This document shows positions 39,962 through 50,592 of a DNA stretch of 64,000 bases, piece by piece (position 1 is the stretch's first letter; each line of letters starts with the position of its first letter). The DNA is taken from NCBI GenBank assembly GCA_964022095.1, contig CAXHZO010000002.1, forward strand, positions 313,819-377,818. The letters are read 5' to 3'. A program made the position numbers and the translations under genes. This stretch comes from an uncultured Arcobacteraceae bacterium (lineage in GTDB: Bacteria; Campylobacterota; Campylobacteria; Campylobacterales; Arcobacteraceae). The notes under the pieces were generated by a model. That model was given only the letters and a program-made list of their open reading frames with translations. It made no database searches and was not told the DNA's origin.

Positions 39962-42181
39962 CTATAATTTCACGTCTAAGTAATCTAAATGTGTTATTTT
40001 ATTTGTTTTTCTAAACTGTTTGTAGACATTTAATAGCTGTTTTAATTCATTTTCATCAACTAAGTCTATATGTGCTTTTAATTTATTACACGTGTTTATA
40101 TTATCTTTTTTTAATAAATAAGCACTTATATAATTTTCAATTAATAGCATTCCTAATCGTTTTTTTGAGGCAGTTGTATCTAGTATATCAATAGCTTCAC
40201 AACTTAATTCAAAGGCATTTAAACATAGTTTTTCATCAAACTTATCAACTAATAATTTATATAAAATATTTAATACTTGATTATGTATTACAATTGGCAT
40301 TTCATCCCTATCTCCAACAGATTTTTTAAGATTCATTCCAATATTACCAAGACTAATTGCTTTGTTAATAAACTCTATAGATTTAAATTCGTTTTGTATA
40401 AATTTAAACCTATAAGCAATAGCCATATTCACAAAAGTTGCTCCATATTCAAAAGAGCCCAAAGTAGGAATGGATAAACACTTTTCATAATTTTTTACTG
40501 CACAATCATAGTTTTCATTCCACTCTTCATAATTTGCTTTTATATTATAATAATGCCACAACCAAATAGGTTCATTATCGTCATTATGATTTGATAATAA
40601 ACTTGACATTTCATCTAATGCTTTTAATCCATCATCTTTTAATTCTAAATTTCTTTGACTAACTATAATCCATGACTTTCTTTGTAAAAACCTAATTTGT
40701 GTATCGCTAGGCTTTTCATCATGAGATAAATTCTCTTGCTTTGGTAAACTACTTAGTGCTAATTCAAATTCACCCATTCTTTCGTATAATGAACAAATAT
40801 TTACTGCATATTTATTTGGGTTTAATTCATATAAGTATTTATTGATTAAAATTGCTTGATTAAAAAATCCATTTCTTTCAAATAAACCACTTAACGTAAC
40901 TAATGCTTCAACTGAAACTTTTCTATAAAATGATTTTTCATTTTTATCAAAGTTTTCAATTTCACTACAATCAAACATTTCTCCAGCAATATTAAACCAA
41001 TATTGGCTTACTAATTCATATTGTTGTTTAGCTGAGATTGTTAAAATTAGTCTTTCAATAATTAATATAAGTCTTTTTTCATCAAGAACAATATTTTTTA
41101 CATAATAGTAAAGTACAAGTAAAGATATTGGATTCTCAAAGGTTTTTACACACTGTTCTATATGATTTCTTAAATAAAATGCTAATCTTTTTTCATCTTC
41201 TTTTAAATCTTCAAAACTATAAGCACTTGAAAAACAAAGCTGCAACGACTTTTCTTGTTTCAATAAATTAAAATCATAAAAACCTCTATTTATAAAATTT
41301 TGAAAACCAAATATAAGTTGATTAGATTGTTCTTCTTGTTTTATAAAACTATTTCCACAAAATTCAAATAACTCTAAAGATATAAACTCTTTTGGTTTAT
41401 CATCATTTATAATTTTTGTAGAACATAGTTGTAATAAACTATTTAATTTTTTCTCTTTTTGAGAAAAGATTACCTCAGTTTGAACTTTGTTTAGCTCTTT
41501 TTTGTCTTTTTCTACTTCAATATTTAATAAATCAAACTCTTTTAATTTATTAAGGGTATTTTGCAGTTGATCATTTCTAACATAAATTTTCACTGTATGA
41601 AATTTATTTACAATAACTTTAAATAAAATTTTCCATAACCAATGTTCACTATTTACTAGATCAAAATTAAAAAGATGAATAGTACATTTTTTATCAAAAT
41701 TTTCAATGGCTAATTTTAATCTTTTTACTTTTTTTGCATCTTTATTAAACCAAGTATAAATCATACTTCTAAATTCATTACTCTCACCATCTAAAATTGA
41801 TGGCATCATTAATAAACCAAATATAAATATCAAAATAAAAAATAGTGAAATGCCATCATTTAAAGACCATTCAAAAGGAAATTCAAAAAGTATTTTTTTA
41901 AACAAATCTTCATAAATAGAAACAGACAGTAAAGCAAAAAGTATTACGATTACTGAAACAAAAGATATTAATGAGCTAAAAAACTTTTTTTTGAATTTAT
42001 ACAGTGTTGAAGAATTACCGGGAATATTATTAAAGTCTGCTTCTACTTTTTCAAAACTATCACTTTGGCTAAAAGTAATAAAAAGATCATTGTGTTGCTT
42101 TTGAACACAAGAGTCTTTGATACTCTTTCTATTTGATTGTGATAGTTTTGATGTATAAATAAAACAATTATTTTGTTTCAT
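39962..42181 (-). CDS. Hypothetical two-TM membrane protein with C-terminal TPR-like helical repeats
   Basis: Two hydrophobic segments near the N-terminus and a TPR-like pattern; ATG 42181 overlaps the GGCT stop region. Confidence 0.7.
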   Translation of the reverse strand: MKQNNCFIYTSKLSQSNRKSIKDSCVQKQHNDLFITFSQSDSFEKVEADFNNIPGNSSTLYKFKKKFFSSLISFVSVIVILFALLSVSIYEDLFKKILFEFPFEWSLNDGISLFFILIFIFGLLMMPSILDGESNEFRSMIYTWFNKDAKKVKRLKLAIENFDKKCTIHLFNFDLVNSEHWLWKILFKVIVNKFHTVKIYVRNDQLQNTLNKLKEFDLLNIEVEKDKKELNKVQTEVIFSQKEKKLNSLLQLCSTKIINDDKPKEFISLELFEFCGNSFIKQEEQSNQLIFGFQNFINRGFYDFNLLKQEKSLQLCFSSAYSFEDLKEDEKRLAFYLRNHIEQCVKTFENPISLLVLYYYVKNIVLDEKRLILIIERLILTISAKQQYELVSQYWFNIAGEMFDCSEIENFDKNEKSFYRKVSVEALVTLSGLFERNGFFNQAILINKYLYELNPNKYAVNICSLYERMGEFELALSSLPKQENLSHDEKPSDTQIRFLQRKSWIIVSQRNLELKDDGLKALDEMSSLLSNHNDDNEPIWLWHYYNIKANYEEWNENYDCAVKNYEKCLSIPTLGSFEYGATFVNMAIAYRFKFIQNEFKSIEFINKAISLGNIGMNLKKSVGDRDEMPIVIHNQVLNILYKLLVDKFDEKLCLNAFELSCEAIDILDTTASKKRLGMLLIENYISAYLLKKDNINTCNKLKAHIDLVDENELKQLLNVYKQFRKTNKITHLDYLDVKL

Positions 42182-42713
42182 TTTTATGTATACCCTCTTT
42201 TGCAAACTTATTTTGAATTGGGTCACTAAAAGTATAAGTTCCTTCTTTTAATGAAAAAGGCAATTCTCTTAGAGTTTCTTTTATATACTCTTTTTTAAAA
42301 ATATCATCATAGTTTTCTAAAGCAGTATTTAATATATCAATATATCTTGAAGGTATAAAGGTATTAATATCCCCTACTTTAGCAATTTTATTCTCTTTTG
42401 TAGTCATAAAAGCAATTAAATCATCCTCAATATTTATACAAGAGTAATTTTTCTCTCTAAGTTTTAAAATTTCTAACTCATCAGGTGTAATTTTTACTTT
42501 TACACCCCAAGCAGTGGCTTTATGATCTTTTTGTAGATTTAAAAAAACTCCATTAATATTTTCATCATCAAATTTTATTGATTCAATAGAGTTCCAAACT
42601 TTTTTGTAACCTTTTATCTTTACAGGAATCAAGTCTTCTTGATTTAACTTTCTTGTAAATGACTTTTGAGCACTAGCTAGATTAATTAATGAACCAAATC
42701 CAAAAAGATACAT
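42168..42713 (-). CDS. Gamma-glutamylcyclotransferase (GGCT/AIG2-like) family protein
   Basis: YLFGFGSLIN, L..RE..Y, PS.YI motifs. Confidence 0.75.
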   Translation of the reverse strand: MYLFGFGSLINLASAQKSFTRKLNQEDLIPVKIKGYKKVWNSIESIKFDDENINGVFLNLQKDHKATAWGVKVKITPDELEILKLREKNYSCINIEDDLIAFMTTKENKIAKVGDINTFIPSRYIDILNTALENYDDIFKKEYIKETLRELPFSLKEGTYTFSDPIQNKFAKEGIHKNETK

Positions 42714-43192
42714 TAAACTATTTTCTCTTTTGCTACTACAACACCATCTGCATCTGCATAGATATAGTATCCTGTCTCAATATCAACACCATCAATATTT
42801 ACAGTAACTCCGATTTCACCAGCTTGTTGTGGAGAGTATTTTCTTGGACAAGTTCCTTTTGCAACTAATCCTACATCAAACTCTTTTGTCATTAAAGTAT
42901 CTCTTACATATCCATTTACAATGATACCTTCAAATTTATTATCAAATGCAAACTTCATTAAGTTATCACCAACTACTGCGAAATATCTTTCTTCTACATC
43001 AACTACAACAACTTTTCCTGTACCATCAGTTTCTTTTAAATAGTTTGCTAAGTCTTTATTATTCTTATCAAGTTTTATAGTTACAACTTCACCTTTAAAT
43101 TTCTTAGTTCCACCATAAGAACTAAATTTTGGTCCTAAAACTTCCAATTGTTCACAATAATTATCACATAGGTCTGCAGTAAAAAATCCCAT
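42713..43192 (-). CDS. rraA: RraA / HMG-aldolase family protein
   Basis: TADLCD, AVVGD, GYVRD, YADADGV. Confidence 0.88.
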   Translation of the reverse strand: MGFFTADLCDNYCEQLEVLGPKFSSYGGTKKFKGEVVTIKLDKNNKDLANYLKETDGTGKVVVVDVEERYFAVVGDNLMKFAFDNKFEGIIVNGYVRDTLMTKEFDVGLVAKGTCPRKYSPQQAGEIGVTVNIDGVDIETGYYIYADADGVVVAKEKIV

Positions 43193-43319
43193 TAAAAATC
43201 CTTTTACAATATTTATTTTTATTTTATATATTATCTAATTTTTGTTTTAATATTTACTTATTTTTCACGTTCATTATACAATTTTGATATAATCTTTTAA
43301 TTATTAAAGGATTTATAGT

Positions 43320-44291
43320 ATGAAATTATCTTTATTTATTTTATTGACATTTAGTCTATTTTTTTCTGCTTGTTCCCAAAAAAGAATTACAGTAAGTTCT
43401 TTACATCCTGGAGTAATTGATAAAAAATATCACACAATAAAACTAAGTAATTTTTTGAATGACAATATAAATCAAAAAGCTTATTTAGAAGAAAAACTAG
43501 CTAATAAAGTAATAAATGGACAAAAAATATTTAATATATCTTATGATAATAATACAGATGTAATATTAAGAGGTGAAGTTTTAGAATCATCAATTAATTA
43601 CTTTTTATATTATGATGAAAGAATCGATTATAACAGATGTAAAAGATATAAAGATATAAAAAAGAATAAAAAAAGAGTATGTAAAGAGTATAGAATTATT
43701 AGAATCCCCTGTGAACAAAGAGATTATAAAGTAGCAACAAAAATAGATATGCTAAATCCTCAAAACAACTCTTTAATATTTAGTAAAATATATACAAGCA
43801 CACATAATAAAGATGTATGTTTTCGAAACTATAGTAGACATGGTCATTTTTTTCACAGTAATTTACCCAAAGATAAATATGAAATCAATTCTATGCTAGC
43901 AAAAAGAATCTCAAATCAAATAATAGAAGATATATCTCCTCATTATGCGTATTTTAATGTTGAACTAATGACCAGTTTAGATGATGAAAGAATTAAATAT
44001 AATGATCTTTTAGAAGATGAGTTTGACTTAATTATTGAATTATTACTAGAAGGTCATATAAAAAAAGCAAAAGAAAAACTGCAAAAGTTTGATGCAAGAA
44101 GTGTAGAGGCATTATATAACTTAGCTTTAGTATATGAATATGAAAATAAACTTGAAGATGCAAATAGTTTATACAAGCAAGCTTATAAAATGACTAATAA
44201 TAATGATTACTTAAGTTTAATTACACAAGCAATAAATAGAACTCAAATAAACCTAGAAGAGAAGATAAAAGCAAAGTCACTCTTGCCTTAA
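43320..44291 (+). CDS. Lipoprotein with C-terminal TPR
   Basis: FSAC lipobox; ALYNLALVYE TPR. Confidence 0.75.
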   Translation: MKLSLFILLTFSLFFSACSQKRITVSSLHPGVIDKKYHTIKLSNFLNDNINQKAYLEEKLANKVINGQKIFNISYDNNTDVILRGEVLESSINYFLYYDERIDYNRCKRYKDIKKNKKRVCKEYRIIRIPCEQRDYKVATKIDMLNPQNNSLIFSKIYTSTHNKDVCFRNYSRHGHFFHSNLPKDKYEINSMLAKRISNQIIEDISPHYAYFNVELMTSLDDERIKYNDLLEDEFDLIIELLLEGHIKKAKEKLQKFDARSVEALYNLALVYEYENKLEDANSLYKQAYKMTNNNDYLSLITQAINRTQINLEEKIKAKSLLP

Positions 44292-44385
44292 ACAATCTTC
44301 TTAACAACTTTTTAACGATTTTTTTTGTATATTAAATTTTTATTATAAATATTAAAATTTTTAAACTTTAAAAGGTTAATTCAAA

Positions 44386-45684
44386 GTGTCAATAAATAAA
44401 TTTAACTATACAGAAATTAGTGACGATTGTGTAAAATGTGGTAAATGTAAGCCAGTATGTACTATTTTTAATATTAATCAAGATGAAGCAACATCTCCAA
44501 GAGGTTTTATCGACTTACTTGGTGCTTATGAAAGAGATGAATTAGAATTAGATCAAAATGCTAAAGATATATTTGAATCATGTTTTTTATGTACAAACTG
44601 TGTTGAAGTTTGTCCAAATGACTTACCAACAGATATGATTATTGAGCAAGTTAGAAGTGATATTGCAAAAAAATATGGTATTGCTTGGTATAAAAAAATG
44701 TTCTTTTGGTTATTAAGACATAGAAAAACTATGGACTTATTATCAAAAATGGGATGGATGTTCCAAACTTGTGCTTTAAAACTAGATAAAGGTAAACAAT
44801 CAGCAGAACCTAGATTTAGCTTACCTATTGTAAAAAAAGATAGAGCTTTACCATTTGCAGATATGAGAAGTTTTTTAAATAAGTACCCTCAATTAATTAA
44901 AGCAAAAAATAAAGTTGAAGCAACTGATAAAAAAAATAAAATAGCAATCTTTATTGGTTGTATGAGTAACTATACTTATACAAATACTGGTGATTCATTA
45001 GTTAAGATTCTAAAAAAACTTGAATTAGATATTTTTATTCCTAAAAAACAACTATGTTGTGGGGCACCTGCTTATTTTACTGGTGACTTTGATACAGTTG
45101 ATTACTTAGCAAAGAAAAATATTGAGTATTTTGAATCTTGGATTGATGATGTTGATGCTGTAATTATTCCAGAAGCTACATGTAGTGCTATGATTAATCA
45201 AGATTGGGAACACTATTTTCATGATCAACCTGAGTGGAAAGCAAGAGCTGTAAAATTATCTAAAAAGATTTTCTTAGCTACTAAATGGTTAGAGAATAAT
45301 ACTGAACTTAAAAATATGTTAGCAAGTTCTGGAAAACAAATGGACCAAGTAATTACTTACCATGATCCATGTCATGCAAAGAAAATGCAAGGTGTTTGGG
45401 AAGAACCAAGAAATCTATTAAAACAAAACTATGTATTAACAGAAATGAGTGATTCAAATAGATGTTGTGGATTTGGTGGTGTTACTATGCAAACTGAAAA
45501 GTATGATTTTGCAAAAGCTGCAGGTGCTCCAAAAGCTGCAATGATTAAAGAAACAAAAGCCCAAGTTGTAAGTGCTGAATGTAGTGCATGTAGAATGCAA
45601 ATTACAAATTCACTTTATCAAGCTGATGTTGATGTGGTATTTAAAAACCCAATTGAACTTATAGCAGAAGCATTGGAAGATTAG
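44386..45684 (+). CDS. GlcF-like Fe-S oxidoreductase (two 4Fe-4S plus CCG domains)
   Basis: CVKCGKCKPVC, CFLCTNCVEVCP, CCGAP, YHDPCH, CCGFGG. Confidence 0.9.
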   Translation: MSINKFNYTEISDDCVKCGKCKPVCTIFNINQDEATSPRGFIDLLGAYERDELELDQNAKDIFESCFLCTNCVEVCPNDLPTDMIIEQVRSDIAKKYGIAWYKKMFFWLLRHRKTMDLLSKMGWMFQTCALKLDKGKQSAEPRFSLPIVKKDRALPFADMRSFLNKYPQLIKAKNKVEATDKKNKIAIFIGCMSNYTYTNTGDSLVKILKKLELDIFIPKKQLCCGAPAYFTGDFDTVDYLAKKNIEYFESWIDDVDAVIIPEATCSAMINQDWEHYFHDQPEWKARAVKLSKKIFLATKWLENNTELKNMLASSGKQMDQVITYHDPCHAKKMQGVWEEPRNLLKQNYVLTEMSDSNRCCGFGGVTMQTEKYDFAKAAGAPKAAMIKETKAQVVSAECSACRMQITNSLYQADVDVVFKNPIELIAEALED

Positions 45685-45687
45685 AAA

Positions 45688-46491
45688 ATGCAATATTGGC
45701 AAAATATATATTCTCATTTTGACCCTGTTGCTTTTAATTTAGGTCCTGTAGCAGTTCACTGGTATGGGATCATGTATGCTTTAGCTTTAATTTCAGCAAT
45801 AGTTGTTGCTAAATGGTTTATAAAGCATGATAAACTACCTATTTCAAATGATTTATTTGATTCATATATTTGGTGGGCAGAAATTGGGGTTATATTAGGA
45901 GCTAGATTAGGATATATTTTATTTTATGATCCTAATACTATGTATTATATAACTCAACCTTGGCAAATATTTAACCCTTATGTAAATGGTGAATATACAG
46001 GAATATCTGGAATGAGTTATCATGGTGCATTATTTGGATTTATCATCGCATCACTTCTATTTTGTAGAAAAAACAAAGTATCTTTTTGGTTTTTAGCTGA
46101 TATTTCTGTATTAGGGATCTCTGCTGCTTATGTTTTCGGAAGACTTGGAAACTTTTTCAATCAAGAGCTAGTGGGAAGAGTAACAGATGTATCGTGGGGA
46201 ATATATGTTGATAAAGTCCTAAGACATCCTTCACAAATATATGAAGCAATATTAGAAGGTCTTGTTGTATTTGTAATATTAGTTTACTTTAGAAAAAGAA
46301 AAAGCTTTGATGGTCAATTAGCATTAATGTATGGAATATTTTACTCAATAGCAAGAATAGTTGCAGAGTTTTTCAGACAACCGGATATTCAAATTGGATT
46401 CTTATATGGACAATGGCTTACAATGGGGATTTTACAATCAGCAGTAGTGCTTAGTATTTGTATACTAATGTTTATAAATTTAAAAAAATAA
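45688..46491 (+). CDS. lgt: Prolipoprotein diacylglyceryl transferase
   Basis: HWYGIMY, GARLGY, GMSYHG, GRLGNF, RHPSQIYE. Confidence 0.97.
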   Translation: MQYWQNIYSHFDPVAFNLGPVAVHWYGIMYALALISAIVVAKWFIKHDKLPISNDLFDSYIWWAEIGVILGARLGYILFYDPNTMYYITQPWQIFNPYVNGEYTGISGMSYHGALFGFIIASLLFCRKNKVSFWFLADISVLGISAAYVFGRLGNFFNQELVGRVTDVSWGIYVDKVLRHPSQIYEAILEGLVVFVILVYFRKRKSFDGQLALMYGIFYSIARIVAEFFRQPDIQIGFLYGQWLTMGILQSAVVLSICILMFINLKK

Positions 46492-46510
46492 ATAGTTAAT
46501 TTTTAACTAT

Positions 46511-46774
46511 TTATTTTACTTCGTTTGCGTAGCCACTCTCTTCAGCTAATTCATTGATTTTATTCTTTAATAAATCAAGTCTCCAACCGTGTCTGCCAGC
46601 AAAATTTTCTATTTCAACTTCTCTTTGTTCTGGTGTACAAAAAACATAAATTCTTTTCAAAAATGGCTTCGGAACTTGAATAGCAATTAATTGAAAATAG
46701 TTTTCTTTACAACTTCTAGAACAAAAAGCTTTGCTCATAGCAATCTTTTTTTTGCAGAAAGGACAATGGGACAT
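46511..46774 (-). CDS. Zn-ribbon small protein
   Basis: HCPFC...FCSRSC. Confidence 0.7.
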   Translation of the reverse strand: MSHCPFCKKKIAMSKAFCSRSCKENYFQLIAIQVPKPFLKRIYVFCTPEQREVEIENFAGRHGWRLDLLKNKINELAEESGYANEVK

Positions 46775-46968
46775 TATTTATAACCTTTTAAAATTAGTTT
46801 ATAGAACTTAGCATTAGTAACATCTTGAAGAAATTTTGGATCTACATCATGGAGAGCAATAATATCGACTAACTTATCGTTCATTAGCCAACCACGACCA
46901 GTATCTACTATCTTGTTTTCTTCAAACATTTCAACTAATTCCTCTTTGGAAACGATCAGTTCTTCCAT
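46774..46968 (-). CDS. Hypothetical protein
   Basis: Coupled to the downstream ORF; protein-like composition. Confidence 0.65.
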   Translation of the reverse strand: MEELIVSKEELVEMFEENKIVDTGRGWLMNDKLVDIIALHDVDPKFLQDVTNAKFYKLILKGYK

Positions 46969-47009
46969 ATTATAACTTTTTTATTAAGATTTTGCAAATA
47001 GGGGTATTT

Positions 47010-47711
47010 CTAAGATTTAGAAATACCTACAGTGTAGCCTTTGTTAGAGTGATTTTTTACTATTTCATAGTAAGTTTTTTGTCTAATTTTATTTACAATG
47101 TTTCTCATTGTATAAATTGACATATCTTTACCTTTCCAAACTACATCTTTAATTGTATCATAATCTACTATTTCATTTCTCTTAGCGATTAATAATTTTA
47201 AGAAAGATTTTTCTAATCTAGTAAAGTCAATTAATACTCCACCAGCTTTAAAGAACTGATCTCTGTATTCATCAAAGTAAATACCGTCATCAAATTCAAT
47301 CTTATCACCTCTTTTTGTTTGGTTAAGACACATAATAACTGATAATTTAATATCTTTTGGTCTTAATGGCTTAGATAAAAATGTATATGCACCATAATTA
47401 ATTGCAGTAACAATATCTTCATTATCTTCAGAATCTGAGATAATAACCTTTGGTAAAGTTGGAGCTAATTGAGTTAATTCTGAACATAATTCAGAAAAAT
47501 TAACACCTTGTATATTTGTATCTATGATAGCCATATCATAACTATTAGAACAAGCTAGTTCTAAAGCCTCTTCTTTATTAGTAGCAAGTTTTAATTCTTT
47601 GAAATAATCATCAAATTCATTGTCAATAGTCTCATTAATTTTATCATCACTACTTATAAAAAGTAATTTTGCGTTGTATAGTTTTCTTATATTTCTTACA
47701 GTTTTTAACAT
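47010..47711 (-). CDS. OmpR-family response regulator (orphan)
   Basis: REC (IID, KP) plus winged-helix C-terminus. Confidence 0.88.
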   Translation of the reverse strand: MLKTVRNIRKLYNAKLLFISSDDKINETIDNEFDDYFKELKLATNKEEALELACSNSYDMAIIDTNIQGVNFSELCSELTQLAPTLPKVIISDSEDNEDIVTAINYGAYTFLSKPLRPKDIKLSVIMCLNQTKRGDKIEFDDGIYFDEYRDQFFKAGGVLIDFTRLEKSFLKLLIAKRNEIVDYDTIKDVVWKGKDMSIYTMRNIVNKIRQKTYYEIVKNHSNKGYTVGISKS

Positions 47712-47825
47712 AATTTTTCTCTTTATATATTGATATTTGACATAATAATATCAAAAATTTTTTTATTTGTCAAAATAATAACTAAATATAATGTAAATTT
47801 CAGTCAAGTTTAAGTGTATAGCTAA

Positions 47826-50510
47826 TTATTTTAACTCTTGCCATGAGTTTCCTATAGATTTACTCACTTTTAAAGGCACATCTAGATTATACACCTTTTC
47901 CATTATTTCTGTCAATTCTTTTGTAATTTTTTCTACCTTATTCTCTTCAACTTCGAAGATTAATTCATCATGTATCTGTAATAAAGGTTTTACATCAGAA
48001 TTATTTTTATATTTATTATATATCTCTATCATAGAGAGTTTTATTAAATCAGCGGCACTTCCTTGAAATAATGTATTTACTGATTCTCTTAAATATGCAG
48101 CTTTTTGCATACCATTTGCACTATCAAAATCAAAAATTCTTTTCCTATTTAATAATGTTTTTATGTAGCCATTTTCTAAGGCAAAGTCCTCAATTGATTT
48201 CAAATAATCTTTTACACTCACAAATGCCTCAAAATATGATTCAATATATTTTTTAGCTTCTTTAGCTGGAATTCCAAGTGTATCTCCAAGTTTTTTGCTG
48301 CCCATACCATATAATAAACCAAAGTTTATCGATTTGGCAATTGACCTTTTACTACTTGCTTGCTCTTCACCAAAGATTTTTACTGCTGTTTGATGATGAA
48401 TATCTAAATCATTGTTAAATGCTTCAAGTAATGCTGGGTCTTTACTATAATGAGCTAATAATCTTAATTCAATTTGTGAATAATCTATACCTACAAGTTT
48501 ATATCCATCTTTTGGAATAAAAGCAGATCTAATTAATGCACCAGCTTCACTTTTTACTGGGATATTTTGAAGATTAGGATTTTTAGAGCTCAATCTACCT
48601 GTTGCTGTACCTGTATGTAAAAATGAAGTATAAACTCTATTTTCATCATTTTTTAACCCTAATTCTAAAAGTGGTTCTATATAAGTAGATTGTAGCTTAT
48701 AAGCTTCTCTGTATTTTAGAAGCATAGGTATAACTGGATGTGAATCCACTAAACCATGTAAAACCATTTCATTTGTACTGTAGCCTGTTTTTGTTTTTTT
48801 CTTTGCAGGAAGATTAAGTGTTTCAAATAAAACAACTCCTAATTGCTTAGGAGAGTTTATATTAAACTCAACTCCTGCTGTTTTATAAATGTCAGTAGTT
48901 AATTCTTGAATATGCTTATAATTAGTCTCTTTTAACTCTTTTAACTTATTAACATCTACTTTAATACCATTTTCTTCCATCAAAGCAAGTACTTTAATAA
49001 AATCAAACTCATAATCAAATGCTATTTGTAAAAGATCTTTATTTTCATCTTCTTTAAAAAGTTCTAGTTGTTTATTAAATAGTTTTAAAGTTAATAATGC
49101 ATCTTCAGCTGCATATTCACAAGCTTTATTAATATCTACATTTGAAAAATTTTCACCTTTTTTCACAACATCTTTAAAAGATATCATTTTATGATCAAAA
49201 TATTTATCAACTTGATAATCAAGTCCTACTTTTTCACTTGTATTTAAAAGCCATGCTAAAATCATAGTATCAGCATATAAGTTTAATTCTATCTCAAAAT
49301 TTTGTTTAACAATTTCAAAATCAAATTTAAAGTTTTGTAATACTAATTTATGTCTATTTAATTGTGTAATATTTTGTTTCGCACAATCCATTGAGATTTG
49401 TTCTGGTACACCTAAATAATTGTGAGCAATTGGAACATAATAAGCTTTCTTATCTTCATATGCAAATGAGAAACCTACAATCTTTGCAGTTTTAACATCG
49501 ACATCTGTAGTTTCTGTATCAAAGGCTACTATGGCATCTTTTGGAATTGAATTAATTACTAATGATAATTTACTTTCATCTGTTAGTAACACATATTCAA
49601 AATCTTCACTAATCTCTTTCTTCTGAGGAATTACTGTTTTATAACTCATTCCATCTTTATTTATTCTATCTAAGATTCTAGTCATGTCATACTCTATTAA
49701 AGTATCTGCAATTTTTAAAATAGGATTGTCTGAAGGAAGTACAAATTCATCTAAGTTATCAATACAATGACAATCATGAGATAAAGTTACAAGTTGCTTT
49801 GAAATAAATGCCATATCTTTACTCTCAGTTAATAAAGTTTGCCATCTTTTTTTCTCTATATTTTCTAAATTATCATAAATGTTTTCTAATGTTCCAAATT
49901 GTTTGATTAAAGCTTCAGCTGTTTTAGCCCCTACTCCTTTAACTCCAGGAACATTATCCGCACTATCACCTAATAATGATTGATAATCAGTAAATTGATT
50001 TGGATGAACACCATATTTTTCAAAACACTTCTCTTCGTTTATTACAGTTTTTTTAATTGGATCAAATAAATAAACTTTATCATCATCAATTAATTGATAT
50101 AAATCCTTATCGTGTGATACAATTCTTACTTCTAAATCTTTTTGTTTAGCATCAAATGCAATTGATGCAATAATATCATCAGCTTCAAATCCAGTTTTAA
50201 TTGCAGTTTTAAATCCCATTTGTTCAATTAATGAAATAGCAATTGGTAGTTGCTTTAATAAATCTTCAGGAACATCTGGTCTTTGAGCTTTATATTGGTC
50301 GTAAATTTCATTTCTAAAAGTATTTCCCTTTGCATCAAGTGCAAATACAATATAATCTGTTTGAAAATCTTTACCAATATTTGATATAAAATTCATAAAT
50401 CCTGTTAGAAGTCCAGTTGGGAATCCACTTTTTGACTTCAATGGTGGTAATGCAAAATAACTTCTGAATAAAAATCCAAAAGTATCAATAACTGTTATAG
50501 TTTTCTTCAT
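47826..50510 (-). CDS. polA: DNA polymerase I
   Basis: 5'-3' exonuclease (GDSADNVPGVKGVG), TATGRLSS, DYSQIELR, KSINFGLLYG, QIHDEL. Confidence 0.98.
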   Translation of the reverse strand: MKKTITVIDTFGFLFRSYFALPPLKSKSGFPTGLLTGFMNFISNIGKDFQTDYIVFALDAKGNTFRNEIYDQYKAQRPDVPEDLLKQLPIAISLIEQMGFKTAIKTGFEADDIIASIAFDAKQKDLEVRIVSHDKDLYQLIDDDKVYLFDPIKKTVINEEKCFEKYGVHPNQFTDYQSLLGDSADNVPGVKGVGAKTAEALIKQFGTLENIYDNLENIEKKRWQTLLTESKDMAFISKQLVTLSHDCHCIDNLDEFVLPSDNPILKIADTLIEYDMTRILDRINKDGMSYKTVIPQKKEISEDFEYVLLTDESKLSLVINSIPKDAIVAFDTETTDVDVKTAKIVGFSFAYEDKKAYYVPIAHNYLGVPEQISMDCAKQNITQLNRHKLVLQNFKFDFEIVKQNFEIELNLYADTMILAWLLNTSEKVGLDYQVDKYFDHKMISFKDVVKKGENFSNVDINKACEYAAEDALLTLKLFNKQLELFKEDENKDLLQIAFDYEFDFIKVLALMEENGIKVDVNKLKELKETNYKHIQELTTDIYKTAGVEFNINSPKQLGVVLFETLNLPAKKKTKTGYSTNEMVLHGLVDSHPVIPMLLKYREAYKLQSTYIEPLLELGLKNDENRVYTSFLHTGTATGRLSSKNPNLQNIPVKSEAGALIRSAFIPKDGYKLVGIDYSQIELRLLAHYSKDPALLEAFNNDLDIHHQTAVKIFGEEQASSKRSIAKSINFGLLYGMGSKKLGDTLGIPAKEAKKYIESYFEAFVSVKDYLKSIEDFALENGYIKTLLNRKRIFDFDSANGMQKAAYLRESVNTLFQGSAADLIKLSMIEIYNKYKNNSDVKPLLQIHDELIFEVEENKVEKITKELTEIMEKVYNLDVPLKVSKSIGNSWQELK

Positions 50511-50592
50511 ATATAATCTCTTTCATCGGCTTATTAAATAATTTATAATATAATATTAACACTAAAAATAAGGTTTTATATAAAGGTTAGAG

